From assembly GCF_003018235.1 (NCBI RefSeq), contig NZ_CP027437.1: a stretch of 64,000 bases of DNA, one strand, 5' to 3'. The DNA is from Escherichia coli (GTDB lineage Bacteria; Pseudomonadota; Gammaproteobacteria; Enterobacterales; Enterobacteriaceae). The notes beneath the pieces were generated by a model. It was not told the origin of the DNA and did not search any database. It was given only the letters and a program-made list of their open reading frames with translations. The position numbers and the translations under genes are program-made. Below, piece by piece: positions 1 through 19,234 of this stretch. Positions within the stretch are counted from its first letter, which is position 1, and every line of letters begins with the position of its first letter.

Positions 1-32
1 CCTGAACAATAACGTCTTTAATTTCGCTCACG
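1..32 (-). CDS. rsxE: Ion-translocating oxidoreductase complex subunit RsxE, 5' end only (GTG start; gene continues past window start)
   Basis: Reverse complement of nt 1-32 translates VSEIKDVIVQ, matching the RsxE N-terminus as recalled; lies directly downstream of rsxG in the operon. Confidence 0.55.
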
Positions 33-34
33 CT

Positions 35-655
35 TTATTCTCCACAGGCAGGAAGTTGAGAAAGTTGTGCCGGTAACGTCTGAGCGTACAATCCGGCGCG
101 TTTTACCGCATTTACCACCGCGCGCGGAGTAATCGTCGCGCCGGTGAACTGGTCGAAATCACCACCATCTTTCTTCACCGCCCAGTGCGCATCATCCGCA
201 CCACTGATTTTTTTACCCGCAAAATGGGTGATCCAGTCAGAAAGGCGCAGTTCGATTTTATCGCCAAGCCCTGGCGTTTCGTGGTGCTCTGTCACGCGCG
301 TGCCTAGTACCGTGCCGTTAAAATCGGCTCCCACCAGCAGCTGAATTGCACCAGAATAGCCATCTGGCGCGGTTGCTTCCAGAACGGCGGCTACCGGTTT
401 GTCATCCTGTTTGGCGATGTAAACCCGATGCTCACCTTTACCTAACTCTGGCGCAGTGACCAGATAGCAACTCTGTGCCAGCGCATTGTTATAGCGTTCG
501 GCTGGCAGCACCTGATCAAATAACGCCTTTTGTTGCAGACTGGCCTGTTCAGCAATTGTCGTTTTGGTCATCTGGTTGATGGCCGCAGTTAACCCTGTAG
601 AACCCGCTGCAAATAGTGCCAGTGTAATGCCGTGTTTTCGGATAGTTTTCAGCAT
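35..655 (-). CDS. rsxG: Rsx/Rnf electron transport complex subunit G
   Basis: 206-aa ORF recognised as RsxG; operon context rsxABCDGE. Confidence 0.9.
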   Translation of the reverse strand: MLKTIRKHGITLALFAAGSTGLTAAINQMTKTTIAEQASLQQKALFDQVLPAERYNNALAQSCYLVTAPELGKGEHRVYIAKQDDKPVAAVLEATAPDGYSGAIQLLVGADFNGTVLGTRVTEHHETPGLGDKIELRLSDWITHFAGKKISGADDAHWAVKKDGGDFDQFTGATITPRAVVNAVKRAGLYAQTLPAQLSQLPACGE

Positions 656-658
656 GGT

Positions 659-1716
659 TTACCCTTTGCGATGGCCGTCGACGCGCGGACGCGTGTAGTA
701 ATCGATCAGAGGAACCGTGATGTTCGCCAGCAGGACGGCAAAAGCCACGCCGTCAGGATAGCCGCCGAAACTGCGGATCAACCAGACTAATAAACCCGCC
801 AGCGCGCCGAAAATAAGACGACCACGATTGGTCGTAGAAGCAGTAACCGGGTCAGTCAAAATAAAGAATGCGCCGAGCATAGTCGCACCAGACAGCAGAT
901 GAATTTGCGGTGATGCCAGTGTTTCTGGTGAGAACAACCAGCCCAACGTTGCGCATAACGCCAGCGTTACTAAGAAGCTGAGGGGAATATGCCAGCGAAT
1001 CGCTTTCTGCCATAGCAACCACACGCCGCCAGCCAGCCAGGCGAGATTTACCCATTGCCAACCAGCGCCCGCCAGAATACCGCTGTAGATCGGATATTGC
1101 ATAATCTGTTCAACCGAATGACCGGCACGGACAGAGGTTTTAAATGTATCCAACGGTGTCGCCTGACTAATGCCATCAATACCTAAGCGTAGCGTGTTCA
1201 TATCACCACCACTGGTGGTATGTCCGCTGAAAATAACCTGTATGGCGTCGATAAAACCAGGGATGTTGACCGCAATGTCATGCGACGGTAACCAGCTGGT
1301 CATCTGCACCGGGAAGGAGATCAGTAAGACCACATAACCAATCATTGCCGGATTAAACGGGTTTTGCCCCAGACCGCCATACAACTGTTTAGCGATGATC
1401 ACCGCAAACACCGTACCCAGTACGACCATCCACCATGGCGCGAGGGGGGAATACTTACCGCCAGCAATAAGCCTGTCAGCAATGCTGAGTTATCTTTCAA
1501 CGTTGCGGCTACCGACTGCTTGCGTAGTTTGAGTACGAGAGCTTCGGCTAACAGAGCACTGACCGACGCCAACAGGATCTGAACGAGAGTACCCCAACCA
1601 AAAAACCACAGTTGTGCTGCGATTCCTGGCACGGCTGCGAGCAACACCAACAGCATAATGCGCGATGTCTGGCGCTGGTTATGGGTATAAGGGGAGCTAG
1701 CTATTCTGAATACCAT
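659..1716 (-). pseudogene. rsxD: Rsx/Rnf complex subunit D, disrupted by a 1-nt frameshift
   Basis: Two overlapping ORFs (1399..1716 and 659..1429) together recompose the 352-aa RsxD; frame breaks after ...SIPP at a G6 run (plus 1444-1449) where the expected ...[13 protein letters not shown] needs one more base. Confidence 0.8.
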
Positions 1717-4413
<2,697 letters not shown>

Positions 4414-4414
<1 letters not shown>

Positions 4415-4995
4415 TACAACTTCACCAAACCACTAAAGCCCATAAAGGCCAGAGACATAAGACCTGCGGTAATTAACGCAATGGCATTACCGCGAAAAGG
4501 TGCCGGGACATCAGCCACAGCAAGGCGTTCGCGGATGGCGGCGAAAAGCACCATCACCAGCGAGAAACCGACAGCGGCGGAAAAACCGTACAGCGCCGAC
4601 TGCAAGAAATTGTGCCCGAGATTGATATTCAGCAACGCCACGCCGAGCACTGCACAGTTGGTGGTGATAAGCGGCAAAAAAATCCCCAGCAGACGGTAAA
4701 GCACCGGGCTGGTTTTGCGCACCACCATCTCGGTGAACTGCACAACCACAGCAATCACCAGAATAAACGCCAGGGTGCGCAGGTAAATCAGATTAAGCGG
4801 GATCAAAATCCACGTATCGATAAGCCAGGCGCAAATAGACGCCAGCGTCATCACAAACGTTGTAGCCAGCCCCATGCCCATCGCGGTTTCCAGCTTTTTG
4901 GAAACCCCCATAAACGGACAGAGACCGAGAAACTTGACCAGTACAAAGTTATTGACCAGTACAGTTCCGACAAACAGTAACAGGTAGTCAGTCAT
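4414..4995 (-). CDS. rsxA: Rsx/Rnf complex subunit A (membrane)
   Basis: 193-aa hydrophobic ORF at the head of the rsx operon. Confidence 0.9.
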
Positions 4996-5071
4996 TTTTC
5001 GGCCTGAAATAAAAAAGCCGCCTATTATCCGTTAATCCAGAGCAGGCGACAACAGGTTAACTGTAAGGTTA

Positions 5072-5512
5072 TTACGGATTCACAAACGTCGCTTTCACCC
5101 GCGACGAGCGTTTAAAATAGGGGACGATCAATGCGGTTGCCAACAAAGTAAACAGTAACTGGCGAACGGCTATGCCATCTTCCACGGGTGAAAAAGCGAA
5201 CGCTTTTACTGCCAGCAATACGGAAATAAGCAGCCAGATAATATAGTGTTTAGGAACACAACGCCGACGTTTAAAGAAAGCGATGGTCAACCACAGTGTG
5301 TAATACCACATGGCGATAGCGGTAATAAAAGAAACGCCCCATAAGATTTGTGTCGTCAGTGCTTGTTCGCCGAGCGTTTGAAATGTTTGCGGAGAAGATA
5401 ACGCAGCGGTATACAGCAACAACGCCAGCGTCGTACTTAACAGAGCGACTAAAAGCCAGGCCAATGGGCCAAGCAACCAGCCTCCAATACGTTGTGGCGT
5501 TGTGGTGGTCAT
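5072..5512 (-). CDS. ydgK: Inner membrane protein YdgK
   Basis: ORF 5072..5536; start trimmed to the internal Met (MTTTTPQRIGGWLLGPLAWLL) giving 146 aa; conserved position upstream of rsxA. Confidence 0.8.
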   Translation of the reverse strand: MTTTTPQRIGGWLLGPLAWLLVALLSTTLALLLYTAALSSPQTFQTLGEQALTTQILWGVSFITAIAMWYYTLWLTIAFFKRRRCVPKHYIIWLLISVLLAVKAFAFSPVEDGIAVRQLLFTLLATALIVPYFKRSSRVKATFVNP

Positions 5513-5597
5513 AGGTTCTCCAGAATAGCGACGCAAACAGGCAAATCTAATTTTAGGGGCGTTATTATAAGGCTTTTATAACCGATCGCTACTTTCT

Positions 5598-5813
5598 TTA
5601 TTGGACATAGTGCCAGACGGACTTCGGTACCTGGCCGAGGTCAAACAAACGCCCGCCAGAAACCAGCTCTGCGCGACGGTGATCGGCAGCACGATACATA
5701 TTGATCAGTTCCTGATCGTCCGTCAGGGTGTAATTAAGATGGTCGTAGAGTTTTTCCAGACTTTCGAGTGAACTGATTTTGCGAAATTTTAATAAGTAGT
5801 CCTGAACAGTCAT
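5598..5813 (-). CDS. cnu: OriC-binding nucleoid-associated protein Cnu (YdgT), Hha paralog
   Basis: 71-aa [33 protein letters not shown]... recognised as Cnu. Confidence 0.85.
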
Positions 5814-6085
5814 AAAAGGTCCATAAAATAATTAATACCAAAGGGGTAGGTATTATTAGTGATGATAAAATTTCACCAAAAGTGAACGCGTGTGTTATTA
5901 CAATAATAAGAATGCGCTGATGGCAAATATTCAGGGATGAAAAACTGCTCTGAAAAGAGTAACGCGCTTTACTATCTCTGACAATCACCAACAACATCGA
6001 ACAAGATAATAAATTCCTGGTTTAATATCCGACAAGTGAAAACATGCACCCGGACGGGCAGCATGTCGCTCTACAAGCGCAGAGC

Positions 6086-6211
6086 TTACTTGTGTTGTAC
6101 CGTAGTACTCTGTTCAGGTGGCTGATAGTTGTCAATGTGACTCGCCACGCCAAGAAGAATGACTGAAACGACAAGAACGATCCAACCTGTTAATTCAATA
6201 AGACGATTCAT
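6086..6211 (-). CDS. blr: Small membrane protein Blr (beta-lactam resistance / divisome-associated), 41 aa
   Basis: Internal Met of the 66-aa ORF gives MNRLIELTGWIVLVVSVILLGVASHIDNYQPPEQ..., matching Blr; reverse-complement ATG at 6209-6211. Confidence 0.75.
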   Translation of the reverse strand: MNRLIELTGWIVLVVSVILLGVASHIDNYQPPEQSTTVQHK

Positions 6212-6453
6212 TACAGCCCACATCTCTGTTGATTGATCCATTAACTTCAGGGGGTAAATGTTACTTAGCAATAATAGCTCCAGCAAGATTTTTACTGAGG
6301 TTTTTGCGATATTTAGCTTTTGTCGTTGGAAAATTCGCTATTTTTTTGACTTAAGTTAAACAACATCCCTTATTGCTGGCAGGTTATTAAACTGTTGAGC
6401 GAGGGTAAAGGATAGTGTCAAATAGCCATCATACTTCAATGAGAGGCAATGAC

Positions 6454-7494
6454 ATGAGCGACAACATCCGTGTTGGGTTGATTGGGTATGGTTATGCGAG
6501 CAAAACCTTCCATGCGCCCCTGATTGCGGGCACGCCCGGGCTGGAACTGGCGGTAATCTCCAGCAGCGATGAAACAAAAGTAAAAGCCGACTGGCCAACG
6601 GTTACGGTTGTCTCTGAGCCGAAGCATCTGTTTAACGATCCCAACATAGACCTGATTGTCATCCCTACACCCAACGATACCCATTTCCCGTTAGCCAAAG
6701 CGGCGCTTGAGGCGGGTAAACATGTGGTCGTTGATAAACCCTTTACCGTGACACTGTCACAAGCGCGAGAGCTGGAAGCGCTGGCAAAAAGCCTGGGGCG
6801 TGTGCTGTCTGTATTCCATAACCGTCGCTGGGATAGCGATTTCCTGACGCTAAAAGGTTTGCTCGCGGAAGGCGTACTGGGTGAAGTTGCTTACTTTGAG
6901 TCTCATTTTGACCGCTTCCGTCCGCAGGTGCGCGATCGTTGGCGTGAACAGGGCGGCCCAGGCAGCGGTATCTGGTACGATTTAGCACCGCACCTTCTTG
7001 ATCAGGCCATTACGCTATTTGGTTTACCGGTCAGCATGACGGTAGATTTGGCACAGTTACGGCCCGGAGCGCAGTCGACCGATTATTTCCACGCCATCTT
7101 GTCCTATCCGCAGCGGCGAGTCATTTTACACTGTACCATGCTGGCAGCTGCTGAGTCAGCACGTTATATCGTGCATGGATCCCGAGGCAGTTATGTAAAA
7201 TATGGCCTCGATCCACAGGAAGAACGTCTGAAAAATGGCGAGCGTCTGCCGCAGGAAGACTGGGGCTACGATATGCGTGATGGCGTACTTACCCGCGTGG
7301 AAGGTGAGGAACGTGTCGAAGAAACGCTGTTGACAGTACCAGGGAATTATCCAGCTTACTATGCGGCTATTCGTGATGCGTTAAATGGCGATGGTGAAAA
7401 TCCGGTTCCGGCAAGTCAGGCAATCCAGGTAATGGAGTTGATTGAGCTGGGCATCGAATCCGCCAAACATCGCGCGACGCTGTGCCTTGCGTGA
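6454..7494 (+). CDS. ydgJ: Putative Gfo/Idh/MocA-family oxidoreductase YdgJ
   Basis: ORF 6415..7494; likely start MSDNIRVGLIGYGYASKTFHAPLI (Rossmann GxGxxG) gives 346 aa. Confidence 0.85.
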   Translation: MSDNIRVGLIGYGYASKTFHAPLIAGTPGLELAVISSSDETKVKADWPTVTVVSEPKHLFNDPNIDLIVIPTPNDTHFPLAKAALEAGKHVVVDKPFTVTLSQARELEALAKSLGRVLSVFHNRRWDSDFLTLKGLLAEGVLGEVAYFESHFDRFRPQVRDRWREQGGPGSGIWYDLAPHLLDQAITLFGLPVSMTVDLAQLRPGAQSTDYFHAILSYPQRRVILHCTMLAAAESARYIVHGSRGSYVKYGLDPQEERLKNGERLPQEDWGYDMRDGVLTRVEGEERVEETLLTVPGNYPAYYAAIRDALNGDGENPVPASQAIQVMELIELGIESAKHRATLCLA

Positions 7495-7529
7495 AAAGAG
7501 GATGGTGCAATTAGCACCATCCATTTTTG

Positions 7530-8531
7530 TTACTTCGCAGCGACTTTTTCTCGCAGTGCGCGTTTTTCCTCTGCGCTGAGGAAAGCCATTTCCAGACCAT
7601 TAATCTGCGCCTGGCGGATTTGCTCGCGGGATAACCCAGCAGCCGGCGCGGCAACGGTATATTCGTGAATGATATCCACTCCCTGTACGCCGGGATCGTC
7701 AGTGTTAATGCTGGCACGAATGCCATGCTCAAGGAACGTTTTCAGCGGATGTGCCGCCAGCTCTGCCACGGTGCTGGTCTGAATATTGGAGGTCAGACAG
7801 GATTCAATACCAATTTGTTGCTCGGCGAGAAAATCCATCAGCGCCCGATCTTCAATGGCTTTTACGCCATGTCCAATACGCTCCGCACCCAGTTCACGAA
7901 TCGCCTGCCAGATGCTTTCCGGCCCGGCAGCTTCGCCTGCATGGACGGTAATATGCCAGCCCGCATCACGCGCGCGGTTGAAGTGAGAAAGGAACAGACT
8001 TCCCGGGAAACCAAGTTCATCACCGGCTAAATCAAGTGCGGTAATCTGGTCACGGTGGGCTAAAAAGGCCTCCAGCTCTTGCTGACAGGCGGCTTCGCCG
8101 AAGGTCCGGCTCATAATGCCGATAAGCTTCGCCTGCACACCAAAGGTGCGGCAACCCTCACGTACGCCATCGATCACCGCTTCGACAACACCCGCTACAG
8201 GCAGCTGATGTGCCATTGCCATGTAGCCTGGTGAAAAACGCAGCTCGACATAGTGCAGGCCGTGACGGGCTGCATCTTCAATGTTTTCAAATGCCACGCG
8301 GCGACAGGCATCAAGAGAGGCGAGAACTTTAACGCCCCAGTCAAGTTTGGTCAGAAAGCTCACCAGATCGGGTTCGTTGGCAATGACCTGAACGTGGGGA
8401 ATCAGTGTTTCCAGGGATTGTGCAGGAAGCGAGATATTATACTGGCGGCCAAGTTCAAGAATGGTCTGGGGACGAATGTTGCCATCAAGGTGGCGATGGA
8501 TATCAGTTAATGGCAGGGTGGTATCAATCAT
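7530..8531 (-). CDS. add: Adenosine deaminase
   Basis: 333-aa [24 protein letters not shown]... with the metal-binding HxHxDG motif; matches Add. Confidence 0.95.
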
Positions 8532-8634
8532 GGTCGCACTCTTTTTCTGGATATAAAAGTGCGCACCATTATAAAAACAAAGCAGGGTAAAAATCCACGA
8601 TTGCGCAACGATTTTTTACGTTGCGCAATTGGGG

Positions 8635-9807
8635 TTAACGAACAGCGCGGATGGCGTTAATTAATCCAGCAACACCTTTTTCCAGTTTCGAACGCGGGCA
8701 CCCGGCATTGAGACGGACAAAACCACGACCTTCTTCACCGTAGGTATACCCCGGCATGATCGCGACCTTCTCTTGCTCGATAAGCGCTTTTTGCAACGCG
8801 TTGTCGTCAATATTCAACGGACGTAGATCAATCCAGGCCAGATAAGTGGATTGCGGGATCTGCCAGTTGAGTTCAGGGAACGCGGAGTTCATTTTATCTG
8901 CGATATACGTCAGGTTATCTTTCAGATAGACGCGTAAGGCATCCAGCCACGGCGCGCCTTGCTGATAGGCGGCGATATGGGCAGTTAACGCCAGTACTGA
9001 AGGGGAAGAAAGGCCATCACGTCCTTTCAGTGCCGATAAATAGGCATCACGGCTGCTGCTATTTTCTATAATCCCGTAAGCACCGGTCAGGGCGGGAATA
9101 TTGAAACTTTTCGATCCCGACGTTAGCAATGCCCAGTCTCCGCGCGCCACATTACTCCAGGGAATATGCGGCTGCTCGCCCCAAACCATATCCATATGGA
9201 TTTCATCGGAAATAACCCGCACACCATGACGCTCGCACAGGTCAGCCATGATCTCCAGCTCATCGCACGTCCACACTTTCCCGGTAGGATTCTGTGGGCT
9301 ACACAGGAGCATAATTTTACATTCTGGTTTCGCCAACACGGCTTCCAGCTTGCCCATATCGCAAAACCAGCCGTCAGCCTGCTTCTCTAAAGCAACGGGC
9401 ATTACTGTGCGCTGGTTACCTTCAATGGCCTTGTAAAATGCGTCATAGGCGGGTGTGTGGATCACCACGCCTTCACCTGTTTCAGACCACTGACGAATCA
9501 GTTCTGAAACCATATAGATAACAGAAGGGCCATACACCACCGACTGCGTATCAATGGCGGTGTAATGCTGGGTGGAAAACCAGTGGGCAATAGCCGCGAG
9601 AAACTCATCGTTTTTCCAGCGGCTGTAGCCAAACACGCCGTGCATCAGGCGCTGATTCAGCGCCTCGATAATGCAGGGGGCAGTGGCAAAATCCATGTCT
9701 GAAATCGTGAACGGTAACAGGTCAGCAGTGCCGAAACGGTCAGCGACATAATCCCACTGCGTACACCATGTGCCATGACGATCCACGACCTTTGAAAAAT
9801 CGAACAT
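8635..9807 (-). CDS. malY: PLP-dependent cystathionine beta-lyase / maltose regulon modulator MalY
   Basis: 390-aa ORF recognised as MalY; adjacent to malX. Confidence 0.93.
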   Translation of the reverse strand: MFDFSKVVDRHGTWCTQWDYVADRFGTADLLPFTISDMDFATAPCIIEALNQRLMHGVFGYSRWKNDEFLAAIAHWFSTQHYTAIDTQSVVYGPSVIYMVSELIRQWSETGEGVVIHTPAYDAFYKAIEGNQRTVMPVALEKQADGWFCDMGKLEAVLAKPECKIMLLCSPQNPTGKVWTCDELEIMADLCERHGVRVISDEIHMDMVWGEQPHIPWSNVARGDWALLTSGSKSFNIPALTGAYGIIENSSSRDAYLSALKGRDGLSSPSVLALTAHIAAYQQGAPWLDALRVYLKDNLTYIADKMNSAFPELNWQIPQSTYLAWIDLRPLNIDDNALQKALIEQEKVAIMPGYTYGEEGRGFVRLNAGCPRSKLEKGVAGLINAIRAVR

Positions 9808-9816
9808 ATCTTATCC

Positions 9817-12612
<2,796 letters not shown>

Positions 12613-12723
12613 TCCTCTCTTTATCTGCTATACCTGGTAGTGTCCTTTCCTCAAGGTTAATGATAAAAAATGTGGCACACAGGCGGTGCCTTTTATTTTT
12701 ACTGAAGTTCACAGGAGGTTTAT

Positions 12724-13491
12724 GTGTTTAATTCTGACAACCTGAGACTCGACGGAAAATGTGCCATCATCACAGGTGCCGGTGCAGGTATTGGTAAAGA
12801 AATTGCCATTACATTCGCGACAGCTGGCGCATCTGTGGTGGTCAGTGATATTAACGCCGACGCAGCTAACCATGTTGTTGATGAAATTCAACAACTGGGT
12901 GGTCAGGCATTTGCCTGCCGTTGTGATATTACTTCCGAACAGGAACTCTCTGCACTGGCAGACTTTGCCGTCAGTAAGCTGGGTAAAGTTGATATCCTGG
13001 TTAACAACGCCGGTGGCGGTGGTCCTAAACCGTTTGATATGCCAATGGCAGATTTTCGCCGTGCTTATGAACTGAATGTGTTTTCTTTTTTCCATCTGTC
13101 ACAACTTGTTGCGCCAGAAATGGAAAAAAATGGCGGTGGCGTTATTCTGACCATCACTTCTATGGCGGCAGAAAATAAAAATATAAACATGACCTCCTAT
13201 GCATCATCTAAAGCTGCGGCCAGTCATCTGGTCAGAAATATGGCGTTTGACCTGGGTGAAAAAAATATTCGGGTGAATGGCATTGCGCCGGGGGCAATAT
13301 TAACCGATGCCCTGAAATCCGTTATTACACCAGAAATTGAACAAAAAATGTTACAGCACACGCCGATCAGACGTCTGGGCCAACCGCAAGATATTGCTAA
13401 CGCGGCGCTGTTCCTTTGCTCGCCTGCAGCCAGCTGGGTAAGCGGACAAATTCTCACCGTCTCCGGTGGTGGGGTACAGGAGCTGAATTAA
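12724..13491 (+). CDS. hdhA: 7-alpha-hydroxysteroid dehydrogenase (SDR family)
   Basis: 255-aa ORF with TGAGAGIG Rossmann motif and YxxxK catalytic motif; matches HdhA and its position beside malI. Confidence 0.9.
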   Translation: MFNSDNLRLDGKCAIITGAGAGIGKEIAITFATAGASVVVSDINADAANHVVDEIQQLGGQAFACRCDITSEQELSALADFAVSKLGKVDILVNNAGGGGPKPFDMPMADFRRAYELNVFSFFHLSQLVAPEMEKNGGGVILTITSMAAENKNINMTSYASSKAAASHLVRNMAFDLGEKNIRVNGIAPGAILTDALKSVITPEIEQKMLQHTPIRRLGQPQDIANAALFLCSPAASWVSGQILTVSGGGVQELN

Positions 13492-13719
13492 TACACTAAC
13501 GGACCGGTAAACAGCCGTACGTGTTGTTTACCGGGATAGCGTGTGCAATTCATTAACGTCTCTGCGAAACAACTGGCAGCCAAATCACGGCTATTGGTTA
13601 ACCAATTTCTGGGTGAAAAGTATACGAATAGAGTGTGCCTTCGCACTATTCAACAGCAATGATAGGCGCTCACCTGACAACGCGGTAAACTAGTTATTCA
13701 CGCTAACTATAATGGTTTT

Positions 13720-14310
13720 ATGATGGATAACATGCAGACTGAAGCACAACCGACACGGACCCGGATCCTCAATGCTGCCAGAGAGATTTTTTCAGAAAAT
13801 GGATTTCACAGTGCCTCGATGAAAGCCATCTGTAAATCTTGCGCCATTAGTCCCGGGACGCTCTATCACCATTTCATCTCCAAAGAAGCCCTGATTCAGG
13901 CGATTATCTTACAGGACCAAGAGAGGGCGCTGGCCCGTTTCCGGGAACCGATTGAAGGGATTCATTTCGTTGACTATATGGTCGAGTCTATTGTCTCTCT
14001 CACCCATGAAGCCTTTGGACAACGGGCGCTGGTGGTCGAAATTATGGCGGAAGGGATGCGTAACCCACAGGTCGCCGCCATGCTTAAAAATAAACATATG
14101 ACGATCACGGAATTTGTTGCCCAGCGGATGCGTGATGCCCAGCAAAAAGGCGAGATAAGCCCAGACATCAACACGGCAATGACTTCACGTTTACTGCTGG
14201 ATCTGACCTACGGGGTACTAGCCGATATCGAAGCGGAAGATCTGGCGCGTGAAGCGTCGTTTGCTCAGGGATTACGCGCGATGATTGGCGGTATCTTAAC
14301 CGCATCCTGA
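13720..14310 (+). CDS. uidR: TetR-family repressor of the uid (gus) operon
   Basis: 196-aa ORF MMDNMQTEAQPTRTRILNAAREIFSENGFH... immediately upstream of uidA. Confidence 0.9.
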   Translation: MMDNMQTEAQPTRTRILNAAREIFSENGFHSASMKAICKSCAISPGTLYHHFISKEALIQAIILQDQERALARFREPIEGIHFVDYMVESIVSLTHEAFGQRALVVEIMAEGMRNPQVAAMLKNKHMTITEFVAQRMRDAQQKGEISPDINTAMTSRLLLDLTYGVLADIEAEDLAREASFAQGLRAMIGGILTAS

Positions 14311-17886
<3,576 letters not shown>

Positions 17887-17924
17887 TATTCAATAAAAAT
17901 AATCAGAACATCAAAGGTGCAACT

Positions 17925-19190
17925 ATGAGAAAAATAGTGGCCATGGCCGTTATTTGCCTGACGGCTGCCTCTGGCCTTACCTCTGCTTACGCGGCGCAAC
18001 TGGCTGACGATGAAGCGGGACTACGCATCAGACTGAAAAACGAATTGCGCAGGGCTGATAAGCCCAGTGCTGGCGCGGGAAGAGATATTTACGCATGGGT
18101 ACAGGGAGGATTGCTCGATTTCAATAGTGGTTATTATTCCAATATTATTGGCGTTGAAGGCGGGGCGTATTATGTTTATAAATTAGGTGCTCGTGCTGAT
18201 ATGAGTACCCGGTGGTATCTTGATGGTGATAAAAGTTTTGGCTTTGCCCTGGGGGCAGTAAAAATAAAACCCAGTGAAAATAGCCTGCTAAAATTAGGTC
18301 GCTTCGGGACGGATTATAGTTATGGTAGCTTACCTTATCGTATTCCGTTAATGGCTGGCAGTTCGCAACGTACATTACCGACAGTTTCTGAAGGAGCATT
18401 AGGTTATTGGGCTTTAACGCCAAATATTGATCTGTGGGGAATGTGGCGTTCACGAGTATTTTTATGGACCGATTCAACAACCGGTATTCGTGATGAAGGG
18501 GTGTATAACAGCCAGACGGGAAAATACGATAAACACCGCGCACGTTCTTTTTTAGCCGCCAGTTGGCATGATGATACCAGTCGCTATTCTCTGGGGGCAT
18601 CGGTACAGAAAGATGTATCCAATCAGATACAAAGTATTCTCGAGAAAAGCATACCGCTTGACCCGAATTATACGTTGAAAGGGGAGTTGCTCGGCTTTTA
18701 CGCGCAGCTCGAAGGTTTAAGTCGTAATACCAGCCAGCCCAATGAAACGGCGTTGGTTAGTGGACAATTGACCTGGAATGCGCCGTGGGGAAGCGTATTT
18801 GGCAGTGGTGGTTATTTGCGCCATGCAATGAATGGTGCCGTGGTGGATACCGACATTGGCTATCCCTTTTCATTAAGTCTTGATCGTAACCGTGAAGGAA
18901 TGCAGTCCTGGCAATTGGGTGTCAACTATCGTTTAACGCCGCAATTTACGCTGACATTTGCACCGATTGTGACTCGCGGCTATGAATCCAGTAAACGAGA
19001 TGTGCGGATTGAAGGCGCGGGTATCTTAGGTGGTATGAACTATCGGGTCAGCGAAGGGCCGTTACAAGGGATGAATTTCTTTCTTGCTGCCGATAAAGGG
19101 CGGGAAAAGCGCGATGGCAGTGCGCTGGGCGATCGCCTGAATTACTGGGATGTGAAAATGAGTATTCAGTATGACTTTATGCTGAAGTAA
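17925..19190 (+). CDS. uidC: Outer-membrane glucuronide porin UidC
   Basis: 421-aa ORF with signal peptide (MRKIVAMAVICLTAASGLTSAYA) and C-terminal aromatic residue typical of beta-barrels. Confidence 0.88.
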   Translation: MRKIVAMAVICLTAASGLTSAYAAQLADDEAGLRIRLKNELRRADKPSAGAGRDIYAWVQGGLLDFNSGYYSNIIGVEGGAYYVYKLGARADMSTRWYLDGDKSFGFALGAVKIKPSENSLLKLGRFGTDYSYGSLPYRIPLMAGSSQRTLPTVSEGALGYWALTPNIDLWGMWRSRVFLWTDSTTGIRDEGVYNSQTGKYDKHRARSFLAASWHDDTSRYSLGASVQKDVSNQIQSILEKSIPLDPNYTLKGELLGFYAQLEGLSRNTSQPNETALVSGQLTWNAPWGSVFGSGGYLRHAMNGAVVDTDIGYPFSLSLDRNREGMQSWQLGVNYRLTPQFTLTFAPIVTRGYESSKRDVRIEGAGILGGMNYRVSEGPLQGMNFFLAADKGREKRDGSALGDRLNYWDVKMSIQYDFMLK

Positions 19191-19191
19191 G

Positions 19192-19227
19192 AAAAAACGC
19201 CGGAGAGAAAAATCTCCGGCATTTTGG
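19192..19227. terminator. Bidirectional rho-independent terminator between convergent uidC and ydgA
   Basis: A-run, GC hairpin gccggagag/ctccggc, then T-run (aaaaaacgccggagagaaaaatctccggcattttgg). Confidence 0.7.
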
Positions 19228-19234
19228 CTGTGAA

